In this document: piece after piece, positions 26,101 through 36,979 of the stretch
How positions within the stretch are numbered: position 1 is the stretch's first letter
How the letters are laid out: every line of letters starts with the position of its first letter
Assembly (NCBI RefSeq): GCF_001194135.2
Contig: NC_068983.1
Span: 149,494,755-149,558,754, forward strand
Direction: 5' to 3'
DNA: 64,000 nucleotides
DNA from: Octopus bimaculoides
Lineage: Eukaryota
Made by a program: the position numbers and the translations under genes
The notes under the pieces: generated by a model
The model's input: only the letters and a program-made list of their open reading frames with translations
What the model was told of the DNA's origin: nothing
Databases searched by the model: none

Positions 26101-27431
26101 TAATCTGTACTGTTATTACTATTCCTTATTATTTGATTATTAATGTACTTTTTTGAATGAAGTAAATACTCTACTGCTTCTTTTCTCTTATGTTACTTTG
26201 TATTTTGCCTTTATATTATCCCTTTCTTGGGCTCTTGTGAACAATAAAAAAATTGTTGTTGGACTACAGTTTGGTATTAAAATAATTGTAACTTAGCTTC
26301 AAGTTTTATTGATGTTATTTCATTCATAATAGGCGCAGGCATGGCTCTGTGGTAAGAAGCTTGCTTCCCAACCACATAGTTCTGGGTTCAGTCCCCCTGC
26401 GTGGCACCTTGGGCAAGTGTCTTCTACTATAGCCTCAGGCCGACCAAAGCCTTGTGAGTGGATTTGGTAGATGGAAGTTGAAAGCAGCCTGTCATATATA
26501 TGTATATGTATGTATATTTTATGTGAGTATGTGTTTGTCCTCCACCATCACCTGACAACCAATGTTGGTGTGTTTACCTTCCTGTAACCTAGCAGTTCAG
26601 CAAAAGAGATTGATAAAATAAGTACTAGGCTTACAAAGAATACGTCTTGGGGTCGACTGCTTCGACTAAAAACCCTTTAAGGTGGTGCTCCAGCATGACC
26701 ACAGTCAGGATGACTTAAACATGTAAAAGAATAATAATTTAATAGATTGTGGGACATAAAAATACAGTACTAGTGTAAAAGTGGTGAAAAAATAATGGAA
26801 CACACACAAAAGCAACAGAACCAGTTTATAAGTGATGCTGTTGCACAAGTATAGATGTGTGTGTGTGTGTGAATATTTATACACTGCAGACATGGCTGTG
26901 TGGTATAAAGTTTGCTTCCAACCACATGCTTCTAGGTTTAGTCCTAATGCATAACACCGTGCAAGTGGATTTGGTAGGTGCAAACTGAAAGAAACCCATT
27001 GCATATATGCATATGTATGTGTGTGTTACAGTTTCTTTGCTTTGACATTGCATGCTAGTAGTAAACTAGTGTCACCATAATGCAAGTGGTGTCCTTAATT
27101 TCCAATATTCTGTTTATGCTGGTCATGGGTAAATATTACCTTACTTGGAGACAGGTGAGGGTTGGTGATAGGAAGAGCATTGAGCCATAGAAAATCCACC
27201 TCAATAAACTCTGTCCAACTGATTCAAGCATGGAAAAGTAGATGTTGAAATGTTGATGAGGATGATGTATATATGTATATAATACAATCTTTCATTTTCC
27301 ATTTTCAGTCTCGAGTGAAAGGTAGCAAATCCAACCAGAGCCTCAATGAAAGTTTCCAGGCATCCAGTGAACCAAGTACTCCCCGATCAGAGGACAATCC
27401 TCCTCTGCCCGAAGAAAAGGTGCCCCTGTAG
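14067..27431 (+). CDS. TPD52: TPD52/D54-family (tumor protein D52-like) gene, 3' portion: join(14067-14168,15611-15671,[16536-16571],[22030-22071],27309-27431)
   Basis: Splice-consistent translation YQKTSAAMKTASEKTTSAISVLGASVSKKFDEMR/NSQTFKTVEERVENAYTNVK/.../SRVKGSKSNQSLNESFQ..PLPEEKVPL*, which matches the TPD52-family motifs YKKT..KK..D..NSPTFKSFEEKVE. All introns are GT-AG and phases agree (2,2,0,0). The N-terminal coiled-coil exons were not found in the window. Confidence 0.9.
14600..14930 (+). mobile_element. young dispersed repeat with a hammerhead-like motif (Penelope-type terminal repeat or retrozyme-like element)
   Basis: 14770-14915 is nearly identical to the reverse complement of 63855-64000 (2 mismatches in one 86-nt stretch) and contains CTGATGA..GAAA..TC. 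The left boundary is approximate. Confidence 0.65.
14746..14791 (+). ncRNA. minimal type-I hammerhead ribozyme motif
   Basis: Stem I GG(A)CCA/TGGCC; core CTGATGA plus one extra G; stem II GTCAC/GTGAT; GAAA; 2-bp stem III closed by an AA loop; CUC triplet with predicted cut after 14785. Confidence 0.55.
15611..15671 (+). CDS. TPD52: TPD52-family exon (61 nt, phase 2-0)
   Basis: ttatttcag|AAATTCTCAG...AATGTAAAG|gtgagt; encodes NSQTFKTVEERVENAYTNVK. Confidence 0.93.
16149..16397. mobile_element. piggyBac-type MITE containing an internal 36-bp inverted duplication
   Basis: TTAA then ccctttagc..gctaaaaggg. Same family as 11379 and 32416. Confidence 0.8.
16536..16571 (+). CDS. TPD52: TPD52-family 36-nt cassette microexon (TSKSIENLKDKL)
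   Basis: Perfect branch point TACTAAC at 16511-16517, acceptor ctgtttag, donor gtgagt, phase 0-0, no stop. Confidence 0.75.
17790..18110 (+). mobile_element. tRNA-derived SINE
   Basis: ggctgtgtagtgtgaag..ggttcagtcccactgtgtggcacc..gagtggatttggtag..gtactggggtcaa..ggctacag; same family as 26331. Confidence 0.75.
21775..21945 (-). mobile_element. old RTE ORF2 C-terminal remnant
   Basis: Minus strand resembles CGRGR..KT.D.AVKADLRTLNLME, homologous to 609-812. Confidence 0.6.
22030..22071 (+). CDS. TPD52: TPD52-family 42-nt cassette exon (GTTEVKPSEEFSAS)
   Basis: gattccatcttcag|GGTACC...GCAAGT|gtgagt, phase 0-0, open frame, located in unique (non-repeat) sequence. Confidence 0.7.
24950..25750 (-). 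mobile_element. highly degenerate non-LTR retrotransposon remnant (possibly L1/Tx1 ORF1)
   Basis: GC-richer coding-like block; the minus strand near 25100 resembles a decayed zinc knuckle (..G..GKVC). No intact motif. Confidence 0.3.
26331..26720 (+). mobile_element. near full-length tRNA-derived SINE
   Basis: aggcgcaggcatggctctgtggtaag (A-box-like) ... ctgggttcagtccc (B-box-like), central (TA/TG) tract, tail ..ccagcatgaccacag. Confidence 0.85.
27309..27431 (+). CDS. TPD52: TPD52-family terminal coding exon
   Basis: ctttcattttccattttcag|TCTCGAGTG...CCCCTGTAG; 40 codons plus stop, followed by an AT-rich 3' UTR. Confidence 0.9.
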   Translation, partial: SRVKGSKSNQSLNESFQASSEPSTPRSEDNPPLPEEKVPL

Positions 27432-28689
27432 ACATTGAACTTCAATAGCAGAGCTTTTTATTTCCATGAACATTTTACTTTTTCTTCCTCCTCTGTATTC
27501 CTATTACAGTCTGGTTTTATTCCAGTCTATTTCTCAAAACTTTTTTTTTTTTTCTTTTTTGGAGACAATTGCTTCCAGTTCACTAACCAAGATGAAAGCT
27601 TTGGTTGTATCATGCAATATGACTGAAGATATTTTTAACAAAAAATATTTTAAATAGTTTTAACTCCATCCCTAAAGAAAGTCAAATTTAAAAAAGAACA
27701 TGACATATTTCCCAATATTTCATTTAGCTAGTTTTAGTGATCATTAAAAAAAAAAGCATATAGATACATATAATAATACTACTACTAATAATAATAATTA
27801 TAATTTTTTTTTTATCATTCTTCCATATAATCTCTTTAGCCTTTTCTTGTGACGGATTAACTTTTTGGCATATTTATGCTGATGAACATATCTTTCTTGG
27901 CAGTTTTGCAACACTGACCCTCTTTTCCTAGACTTAATGTCTTGGTATGATTGTAAATTGTCTGTTTATGTAGGGATGTGTATAGCAAAAGGCATAAATG
28001 GTTGCCACTGGAGTTTATCTTTGGCTCCAAAACACTTTACTAACCATTGCTCTGTGCTAACACATTAAGTCAGCTTATTGATGAAGGATGAAGGATGAAG
28101 GATGAAACTTCAATTTAGATACTGTTGATGATGGTGATAATTTTCATAACAATGGTAATGAGAATAATGATAATGATGGGTGTTGATGAAAATGATGAAG
28201 GTGATGATAATAAATGGTAGAAAATGATTTCACTTGTTTGTTTAATATGTTTCTTTTTATTTACTGTCTTGAATATTTTCAAACAATTTTATGTGTGTGT
28301 GTGTGTACTTGTACACATATATTTAATGTTTCTGACATAATGACAGCATTTATAGATTGTGTACAGTTAATATTAGTCAAAGATTTAATAGAAAAAGGTA
28401 CTGAATGTTTTATAAATGAATAGAATAATCATTAAAAAAAAGCATTCATTAATTACTAAGTTCAACATTTTTTAATGGAACATGCTCTGTTTGTGTTATA
28501 TCCTTATGGATAAATGAATACACTGCAACAGTGTAATAACAATATAAACAAAACAAACAGCAATAACCACACTGAACATAACAATCTTTTAAGAACCAAC
28601 AATCAACATGCTAACTCAAACTGTAAGCTTTGAACTCCAACCCGTCTGCTTTCTTTTTCTCATGCTGGTTCTACAGGGCTCTTATTACT

Positions 28690-28940
28690 TTTGGTATTGG
28701 TACATCGAATATTTCACAGAATACTTCCATAGGAATGTCTTCCTGATCTTCCTTAGTTGGTTTATATGTCTCTTATGTTCACCGTGTGACCCTTTAATGA
28801 GATGCATCATCTTCCCAGCTTTCTTTACTGTTTCTATAGGTTTTGAAATGCACTTTATCACCTATTTCGACATATTTCGTTGGCTTTTTCATATTTCCTT
28901 TACGTCTTTTTTCTCTGGTAATAGCTTATCAAAGGTGGGT
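28690..28940 (-). mobile_element. Gypsy-like LTR retrotransposon integrase C-terminal remnant
   Basis: Minus strand reads ..EIGDKVHFKTYRNSKESWEDD.. and ..EDIPMEVFCEIFDVPIP, resembling the post-integrase region of Gypsy pol. Confidence 0.5.
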
Positions 28941-28944
28941 TTAA

Positions 28945-29165
28945 CCCTTTTGTTACCATATTTCTTTTGAGATGCTCTGTGTTTCTTTCAATTAATTTTT
29001 AATATAACCAAGAATTTAGTAAAATAACTTAGTTATCATTAAGCTAGTGTTAGGAACATAAATTGTGACTAAGGTTTGATGGAAGATTTTAATTCAAAAC
29101 TTATGGAAACAAGACATTTGTACTCGGAGCTAGGGCCGGTTTCAGCCGGGTCGGTAACGAAAGGG
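28945..29165. mobile_element. piggyBac-type MITE, second family
   Basis: TTAA on both sides (28941-44 and 29166-69); 13-bp TIR cccttt(t/c)gttacc, 12/13 match. Confidence 0.88.
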
Positions 29166-29169
29166 TTAA

Positions 29170-29640
29170 TTATCTTTGCTCTAACTCTGCAACCCTCGTG
29201 TTCAGCCTCGAGATGATGGCTGAGCACCATTCTCACAGTCAACACTCAAGAAGCAGAGCCAGATCTCATTGCCACCTCTAATAGATTTACTAAGTCCCTC
29301 TCTACACTATTTCTATTCTTAGCTAACTCCCTACTAAATCTAACCAACTCTTTTTTTTTATGGCTCTTTTGAGGGCATACCAACTTTTGTTATTAATAAT
29401 GGTCCCTGTCAATGCCCTCATCACTAACTGTCTAATCTGACTCCTGTAGGCTTCATAGGTCAGTAGTGACTTATTTAGCTTCCAGTAGCCAGATCCCTGT
29501 CTAGTCATGCTATCTACGTACAGCTTACAGGTCACCAGTTTGTGATCACTGTAGCTGACAACGGTATCACTTACTCAGAATGCTACTATTTATATGTAGT
29601 GGTCCAATCTGTTCTCGCCAGGGGGCATCGTACTCTCACA
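29170..29640 (-). mobile_element. L1/Tx1-clade LINE fragment (endonuclease C-terminus)
   Basis: ..SYSDHKLVTCKL..GSGYWKLNKSLL.. (ORF 29323-29535 plus upstream codons): the SDH and WKLN motifs of L1/Tx1 ORF2. Confidence 0.8.
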
Positions 29641-32415
29641 CAACAGTTTACTTCCTCTGAAAACTATTCTATAACTCGATGGACTAAACTATTGAGAGTA
29701 GATAAGTTTTTCTGTGAGTGACAGCATAGTGGCTGACGTGGGGCTAAACAATAACATGTATATAATAACCAGTTAGCAACATTGCATTTTATATCTCTAA
29801 GATTGACTTTTAAGTCTCAAGGATCCATTATATATTTAGCTGTAAATTGATTCAATGGGATGAAGTACAGCAGTTCACTGCTGCAAGTAGTGGAAACATT
29901 GAGAAATTAACAAGTATTGATTGAATTTAGTTACTTCCATGACAAAAGCATGCATCAGACTGGTATCTTATTCAATAAGAGACAATGCAGTGCCAGTGAT
30001 AGTTTTATGTATTTTTCAGGCTACACCTTAACAACTTAGCCATTTCTAACTCACAACCATTTTGTGGTATGTGGAACCCAATTGTTCTTAGTTCAGTGTT
30101 TTGGAAAAGACTTAATCTCTCATTAGTCTGGTGGTCATAAAATAAAAACCATTCAGAGCCTCAGCTCATTACTTTTAGCCATGGGTGGTCCTTTGTAATT
30201 AATAATTGGTTTCCTCAGGCTCAGATCCATTCATGGATTACGGAAAGATGGCTGATGGCACCAAAATTATTGTTATTTCTATTAAGGTAACAAACTGGTA
30301 GAATTATTAGAGCATTGGAAAAAATTATTTGTGGTATTTCTTCTAGTTCTTTACATTTTGAGTTCAAATTCTGCTGAGATCAACTTTGCATTTCATTCTT
30401 TTGGTGTTGATAAAATTCCAATTAAGTACTAGGTTCAGTATAATTAACTTAGCTTCTTCTCTCAAAATTGCATGCCTTGTGCCTACATGGAAAGAATTAT
30501 TACAATTATCTAAAACTTTGCAAAATCCAACCAATCTTAGGAATTATTAGAATCAATAACTTAAACAACATTCTTTGTATCCAACAAGTGATGAAATTTA
30601 AAACCAATACAGCTTCTTTAAAATTGCTTGCCAACAAAAGAACAAAAACATAATCATTCACTCACACACATCACACATGTATATATATCGCATGTTTCTG
30701 AATCACAAGGTAAACCAGCGTGTTATCCCTGCCTTTCAAAGTATTCAACAAGTAAAATGTAAATCTCACTTCAGATAAAATGATGGTCTGACACAAATTA
30801 CTTTTTCTATTGTGAAGTTAAACTTGATGCTGCTAAACAATGAGTGATTTATCAATTTCACAATACAATCACTACTTACAACAATGACTTTCACTACTAC
30901 ATGATACCAAAGATTTAACCATCTCAGCTCTGGACAAAATGTAATATCAGTTGAAGGACAACAAACTATATTGACCTCTGGACTGATTGTCTATTACTCA
31001 ATTAACTCATTCATTTACACTGCGTGTGTGTGTGAATGCTGTTACCATATCTTCATTAATATCTAAGCATAACAGTATGACATTGTTTATGTTCTGTTAA
31101 TAAAAGTCTTACAGTTCTATCAGTTTTGATGTTTGGGTTCATAGAATGAAGAATGCCTTACTTGAAAAAGATGAATATTTGTAACAGAAAAAGCATCTGG
31201 TTACAGAAAATTTATTCTCAATAAGTCTCATCTGATCCATGCCAGATTGATAAAATGGACATAAGATGAAATAACATACTCTAAAGGTGAAATTAACAGT
31301 CTGCAAAATTTCATTAAAATAAATAAAGATGCACAAATCTGATAGTTTAAAGCTAGATATAAATGGCATGCACTAACACACATACAAAAAAAAAAGAGAA
31401 AGTGTATTAAACATTCTGATGTTTTAATAAAATAAAAAATCATGTTTATAGAACAATTTATTGTTTCTTGAAACATGAAAAAAAATCAGAATTTAGAACA
31501 AATGATTAACTGTTTTTTATCGATCAAACCATGAGGCAAAAAGTTAATATGGTTTTAATACTTGTGCACAAATGTTTGGTTGAGGAAGTTCCATTTTTAA
31601 TGAGTATTCTATAGGATTAAGAACAGAAGAATACACAGGCAGATGTTTCAAAGAATGATTATGGACATATTTTGAATGAAAACTTCGGTCCCAAGCCATT
31701 ACAAAAACATTTTAGAAAGTAAGCACTTTCAATTTTCTTCAACTGAAATATGCTTACTTTGAAGCATTATGTGTTTCATTTATAAATGAAGGAGTCTATT
31801 AAATTCAGTTGTTATGAGCTATGAAGAATGTATCATTCCAGGCTCTTTGTCTGAGAATAAGTGGTATTGCCTTTTTTAGCTGCAAGGCTAATGAGGTAGG
31901 AATGGAAATGAAAGAATGATATCAGGAAAGGGGGACAATGAAAAAAAAGTACAAATTTGAGGTACAAGGTGGAAAAGCAGCAGGAGTAAGTCAGAACTAG
32001 AGATGGAAAATAGAAAGACAAGATAGTATTGAAGATGNNNNNNNNNNGGGGGGAGAGTAAAGAAAGTGGAAGACGATGCACACACCTAGAAGATTATTTA
32101 ATAAAAATTTAACTGAAAATTATTAATAGAGTGTTAAAGAACTAAAAGTCTTTAATATTTAGGGGATTAAAATTTATGATTTCCTATTCAAAAACAAGAG
32201 TCCATTGAGAAAGATTTGGCAGCTATATTGAACTGGTCAATCAGAAACTCCTTCTATAACTTGAACACACAGGTAGTAAATTGGCAAGGCTGCTGAAATG
32301 TAGAACAAAATACTTAGTGGTATTTGTTCTGATGTCAATTTTGCCCTTCTGTCTTTTGAGTTGATAAAATAAAAGTACCTGTCCAAAATAGTTGATTGTG
32401 GTATTTGCACTGGCT

Positions 32416-33896
32416 CCCTTTTTAGCATTCAGATTATTCTGTCTAATCTAATGCTTATTTATTCACATTGTTTTGAATTAATTATGCATTACTTGTAGCT
32501 TTGAAATTTTGATGATGTGATTGTACATTATTAGAATGACATTTGTAGGGTAGGTGTTAGAAGTGAGATCTGGCCAGTTTGAACTTACAGGGTATGCCAT
32601 AAAGAATCCTCGATTGATTTTTAGTCATACTTTTTAGTAAAAGGCATAAAAGCACGAGTTCTTTAGGATTTAATTAAATATGGTCATGTAACATATTAAG
32701 ATATGTTTCATTCAATATGTTCACCTTTAACCTTCACAATCACCCAAAAACGGTCAAGAACAGAGTCACACAAATGCCAGACAACCTCTTCACTTAAACG
32801 ATCCCATGACATGACTAAGGCTTTCTTCAGAGTGGTGATATTTTTGTAGGAAACTCTTGAAATATCCCTTTCTAGAATGGACCAAATAGCAAAGTCCATA
32901 GGGTTGACATCTGGACTGGAATGGGGCCACACATTCTTGTCCCAGAACCTGCTGAAATGGTTCCTGCACTTCTGCTGTGTCACATCAGACATATGAGGAG
33001 CACCATCTTGCATGAACATATAATTATCTCCAAATGTTTTGGTCACTCATCGCAAAACATTATCCTCCAACATTTTCATGCAAATTACCGAATTGACCTT
33101 CAATCCCTCTTTAATGAACACCAGAGATTTTCCACCATCAGATGCTGCCCAAACCATCACACTGGCAGGTTTCATTCATTGAAACACCTTCAGGAGCAGG
33201 CAGCATTTGACCTTGTGGCCAAAACCCTGTCATTCTGGGTGTTTGCTATACCTTCCATAGTCAATATTTTTTGTCCAACCAGAGGAAGACATTGTCACTT
33301 GTGCTTTGAATCTCCTCTGCCATTTTCTTGCACCTGTCCAATTGCTTTGCTTTAGAAGCAGCCAAAATTAGGTGTCAATATTGGAATTTTAATGACTTAC
33401 AATTTAAGTCTTCATGCATGACCCATCATATGGTTGTCTGGGAGATATTGAGACTTTTAGCCATTTGCCTCATACTCTGCTGTGGATTTCATGACACGCT
33501 CTTTCAGATGACATTCACAAATTGTTTCATCCTTACGGATCATTTTCAGCTAGGAATGGTCTTGCTGTTGATTGAACCTGTCTTACTGAGCATTTCATGA
33601 CATTATAGACTTATTTTGGGATCAACACCAACCTTTGAAGTCACATCTTTGGTGCTATGTCCTACCTTTTTCAGAGCTACAATCTCACTTCACTCGTTAG
33701 CTGCCATGTTGAAATGTTTTACTCACTGAATGTACATGAACAACTGAATGTCGAGGAGCACATTTTAATTATTTTTGTGCAATTTCAACTAAATTTAATA
33801 AAAGTCTTATTTAAATGGTTGAGAATTATGTATGGCATATCTTGTAATACAGGTTGAATATTTCAACCAGATATGGCTGGTTTAAATGCTAAAAGG
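32416..33896. mobile_element. piggyBac-type MITE interrupted by a maT transposon
   Basis: 32416-32585 and 33847-33896 join into the 16149-type consensus; the right end is aatgctaaaagg+TTAA. Confidence 0.8.
32588..33844 (-). mobile_element. Tc1/mariner-superfamily element, maT (DD37D) type, about 1.26 kb, decayed
   Basis: TA target duplication at 32586-87 and 33845-46; TIR CAGGGTATGCCATA vs CAAGATATGCCATA. Transposase QDGAPH..WPHSSPDVNPMD has 36 residues between the last two D, i.e. 37 if the missing Ala of GAPAH is restored. Confidence 0.88.
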
Positions 33897-33918
33897 TTAA
33901 GCACTTATTTAGTATCAG

Positions 33919-34015
33919 TTTTCACCATATCAATTGCAACCTGGTCACTGACAAGGTTCCACTGAATCCTTGTAGAACCTTGTCAGTGAACAGGTCACAG
34001 TTGGTGTGGTGAAAA
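33919..34015. repeat. 97-nt inverted repeat (hairpin), copy 1
   Basis: Arms TTTTCACCATATCAATTGCAACCTGGTCACTGACAAGGTTCCA and TAGAACCTTGTCAGTGAACAGGTCACAGTTGGTGTGGTGAAAA. Confidence 0.9.
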
Positions 34016-35462
34016 TTTTGACACCAAATAAGAAGTGTTGAAGTGAAGTTAACAATTTTTGTGTATTTTGAAAGGTTGATGTGTTGTCTTCTAAGTTGTG
34101 TTTGTTTATATTTGTAGAATTTAGTTGAAATCATTCCACAGGTAAAATGTACAGTAGTCTTGTCAAAGATCTTGTGCACCCACAGGCGAAACTCAGAGTA
34201 GCAAGAGACTGACTCAACCAAAATAAAGGATATTATTAATCTCTACTATGGTATTGAGTACTTTATTTTCCAACAATTAACACTAAACAGATATGTATGT
34301 ATGTATGTCATTATCATCATCTTTCAATATCTATCCTTCATACCAGCATATGTTGGATGATTTGATAGGATCCAACAAACCAGAGGACTGCATTGAGCTC
34401 CAGTGTCTGCTTGGTATGATTTCTTTGGTTGGAATCTCTTCTTAATGCCAACCACTTTACAGTGTCTTCGGTGCTTTTTTTTTTTTATGACACCAGCATA
34501 AGTGAAAGTTATGAAGTAACTTACAAGAAAAAGAAGAAACCTTGAGAGGATGTGGTATTGAGAAGCTAAAGCATGGTAAAGGAAGAGATGCCTTGCCATA
34601 AAGGAGATAAACGGTTACTTCACATTATATAGGAGTTGGTGGCAGTAACTGAAAGAAGTTACAGAAGTTGGTGATGAGATTTTGGAACATACTGTCAAGG
34701 TACAAGAAGGTAAGTATAAGACAGAATACAGATTGAGGATGGAAAGTTGTGGGTGGATAAATTCATAGGAGTGTGAATGACAGATGGTTAAGGATTGGGG
34801 TAGAGTTTAATATAATGAATGATGTATAAAGGTGGAAATGTGGCTGATTGACGATAAATATCAGTGTGTAGAATAAAGTAAAAACAAAAATCTCAGGAAA
34901 GAGATAAGTGGCAATACAGGAAGGGTGAAGGGCAGCTGTATAATAATCCTGTATACAGACCAGAAAATAAGAAGGGAAAGAGAGATGTACAGGGACAGCA
35001 ATGGAGGTCAGAGATACATAGTGGTGACTGGAGTGAGTGAGGAATAAAGGTGGGAGCAATGACAACAGATATGAGGGTGGGTAAGAAGTAGCTCAGAGGA
35101 GAGGGAGAGATACCTGAAAGTGCAGAAAGGGAGGTGTAGTGGAAAACTGAATGTGGGATAGATGTTAAAGAAAGTGGTTACAGGGAGAGGGAGAGGTAAC
35201 TAGTAGCACCAAGAATTATGAGTAGATTCTGCTGTCATATGATTACAGCAGCTAAATAATGCACTTGTTAGAGACATTCAAAGGATGATTACACACACAC
35301 ACACACAAAATAGTAATAATGGTCGTAGCCATAATGTTTTTGATCATAGGTTGATTCTGTAAATTTGTCTGGCATTAATCAACGGCCCTTTCTTGTCTTA
35401 TATTTCATTCTTGTCTTATATATTTCATTCATGGCTGGTTTAAATGCTAAAGGATTAAGCAC

Positions 35463-35559
35463 TTTTCACCATACCAATTGCAACCTGGTCACTGACAAGG
35501 TTCCACTGAATCCCTGTGGAACTTTGTCAGTGACCAGGTTGCAGTTGGTGTGGTGAAAA
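35463..35559. repeat. 97-nt inverted repeat (hairpin), copy 2
   Basis: 44-bp stem with a 9-nt loop; the three non-Watson-Crick positions are G-U on the + strand. 90/97 identical to copy 1. Confidence 0.92.
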
Positions 35560-36357
35560 TTTTGACACCAAATAATTATATTTCATTCAAAATGAATAAT
35601 CAATATAAAGAAAAGTCACATGAGAAAACAAATTAAAATTTTCAGTGATACGACCATTAATGTGTTTCTGCAGATAATCGATCTTATGGTTACAACTTTT
35701 CTTAAATAAGCAAAACTTTGCATTGTGAATTTATTTTACAAACATAAGCTATAACAATACCAGATTAAATTTATTTATTTTTTGGCATGGGTGTAATTTA
35801 AACACTGAATGATGTGATAACTTCAAAGGACAAAGTAAGTATTCATTACCACTTTTTGGTTCCCCTACATTAATAACTTTTCCATTTGGTTTTTGCCTAG
35901 AATGAATCTCTGGATATTTTTCTAGTCTTTTAAGTTATTCACAAAAAAATCTATATACTGCTCAAATCATTTTGTTTAGCAGCATTAAAGATAGAAATTA
36001 CGCATCGCTGAGAAGGTCGAATAAGATAGAAACATGTCCAGCGTTGTTCCCGTACAGCAAAGTACAGTCCACTCCCTCTCCTAAATACTCACTACATTTT
36101 TACATTTTTTTCGAGCGGAGCACCTCTTCTGTCTTTCCTGATCAGGATTGATCATTAATCTAATTATTAACGCATTTTATAACACAGATTGCGACGGAGT
36201 TTTGGAGTAGTTGTACTTGGAAGTATCACATCTTTTTTGGCAATCTTTCGTTATGACTTGCAGAACTGTCATTTGAATCAGTTGGTTGGATCAACGGGTT
36301 GTTTGTTAAGTTCCGTAAATTTTTTTTTATGGAAATTGATTCTGAAAAAAAAAGAAA

Positions 36358-36836
36358 GGATCTTTTTTAAAACGGGGGCCACATTTTTCAATAATGTTTT
36401 ACGTAGTGCTTTTGGTACCGAAAGACTTTCAAACTTCGTATANNNNNNNNNNNNNNNNNNNNNNNNNNNNNNNNNNNNNNNNNNNNNNNNNNNNNNNNNN
36501 NNNNAATTGTCTTCGTTTTATTTGCTTTTTTCATTTTAAATTTGCTTTAACCCTAACCCTAACCCTAACTCTAACCCTAGGGTTAGGGTTAGGGTTAATT
36601 GTTTCAGAATCGTTTGTTTATGTAGTCGGCACTTAATGTATATCGCCTGAATGGACGTCAGTGATTGGTTGAAATTACAGAAATACGACAACTTTAACAT
36701 GGAATAATTTATGGATTTCTTTTTTTTTTAAGAAGACTAAGAGAAAAAGATGTTTTATATGACACATTCTACCAGTGATCCAAGTTTCAAAGTGTTTCGT
36801 TAATGAAAAATGTGGCCCCCGTATTAAAAAAGATCC
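36358..36836. mobile_element. MITE with 39-bp TIRs and a central telomere-repeat palindrome
   Basis: GGATCTTTTTTAAAACGGGGGCCACATTTTTCAATAATG matches the reverse complement of 36798-36836 at 36/39. Flanks are A-rich. The element contains an N gap and (CCCTAA)n(TTAGGG)n at 36548-36598. Confidence 0.85.
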
Positions 36837-36979
36837 AAAAAAAAAAAACTTCAGTCGTTAACACTTTTCTCTTCCACTTTTTTCTTTCCCTTGTGTTTTG
36901 ATTCTTCTAGGTATGGATATTTCAAACTTCTGCTCTAACGGGATTATTCACGATTCTTGTAAAATCGTAAATATTTCTT

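Noticed and set aside
34540-35220. Long purine-rich tract, similar to 55620-55970 and 40860-41010
   Set aside because: These are diverged copies of one repeat attached to RTE-like tails, not a unique functional tract. ORFs on the opposite strand are low-complexity artefacts.
35835-35900. 66-nt GTAAGT..TTTTGCCTAG mini-intron on the + strand upstream of PSMF1
   Set aside because: The flanks give no meaningful ORF and there is no evidence of a transcript. It could be an upstream UTR intron but cannot be supported.
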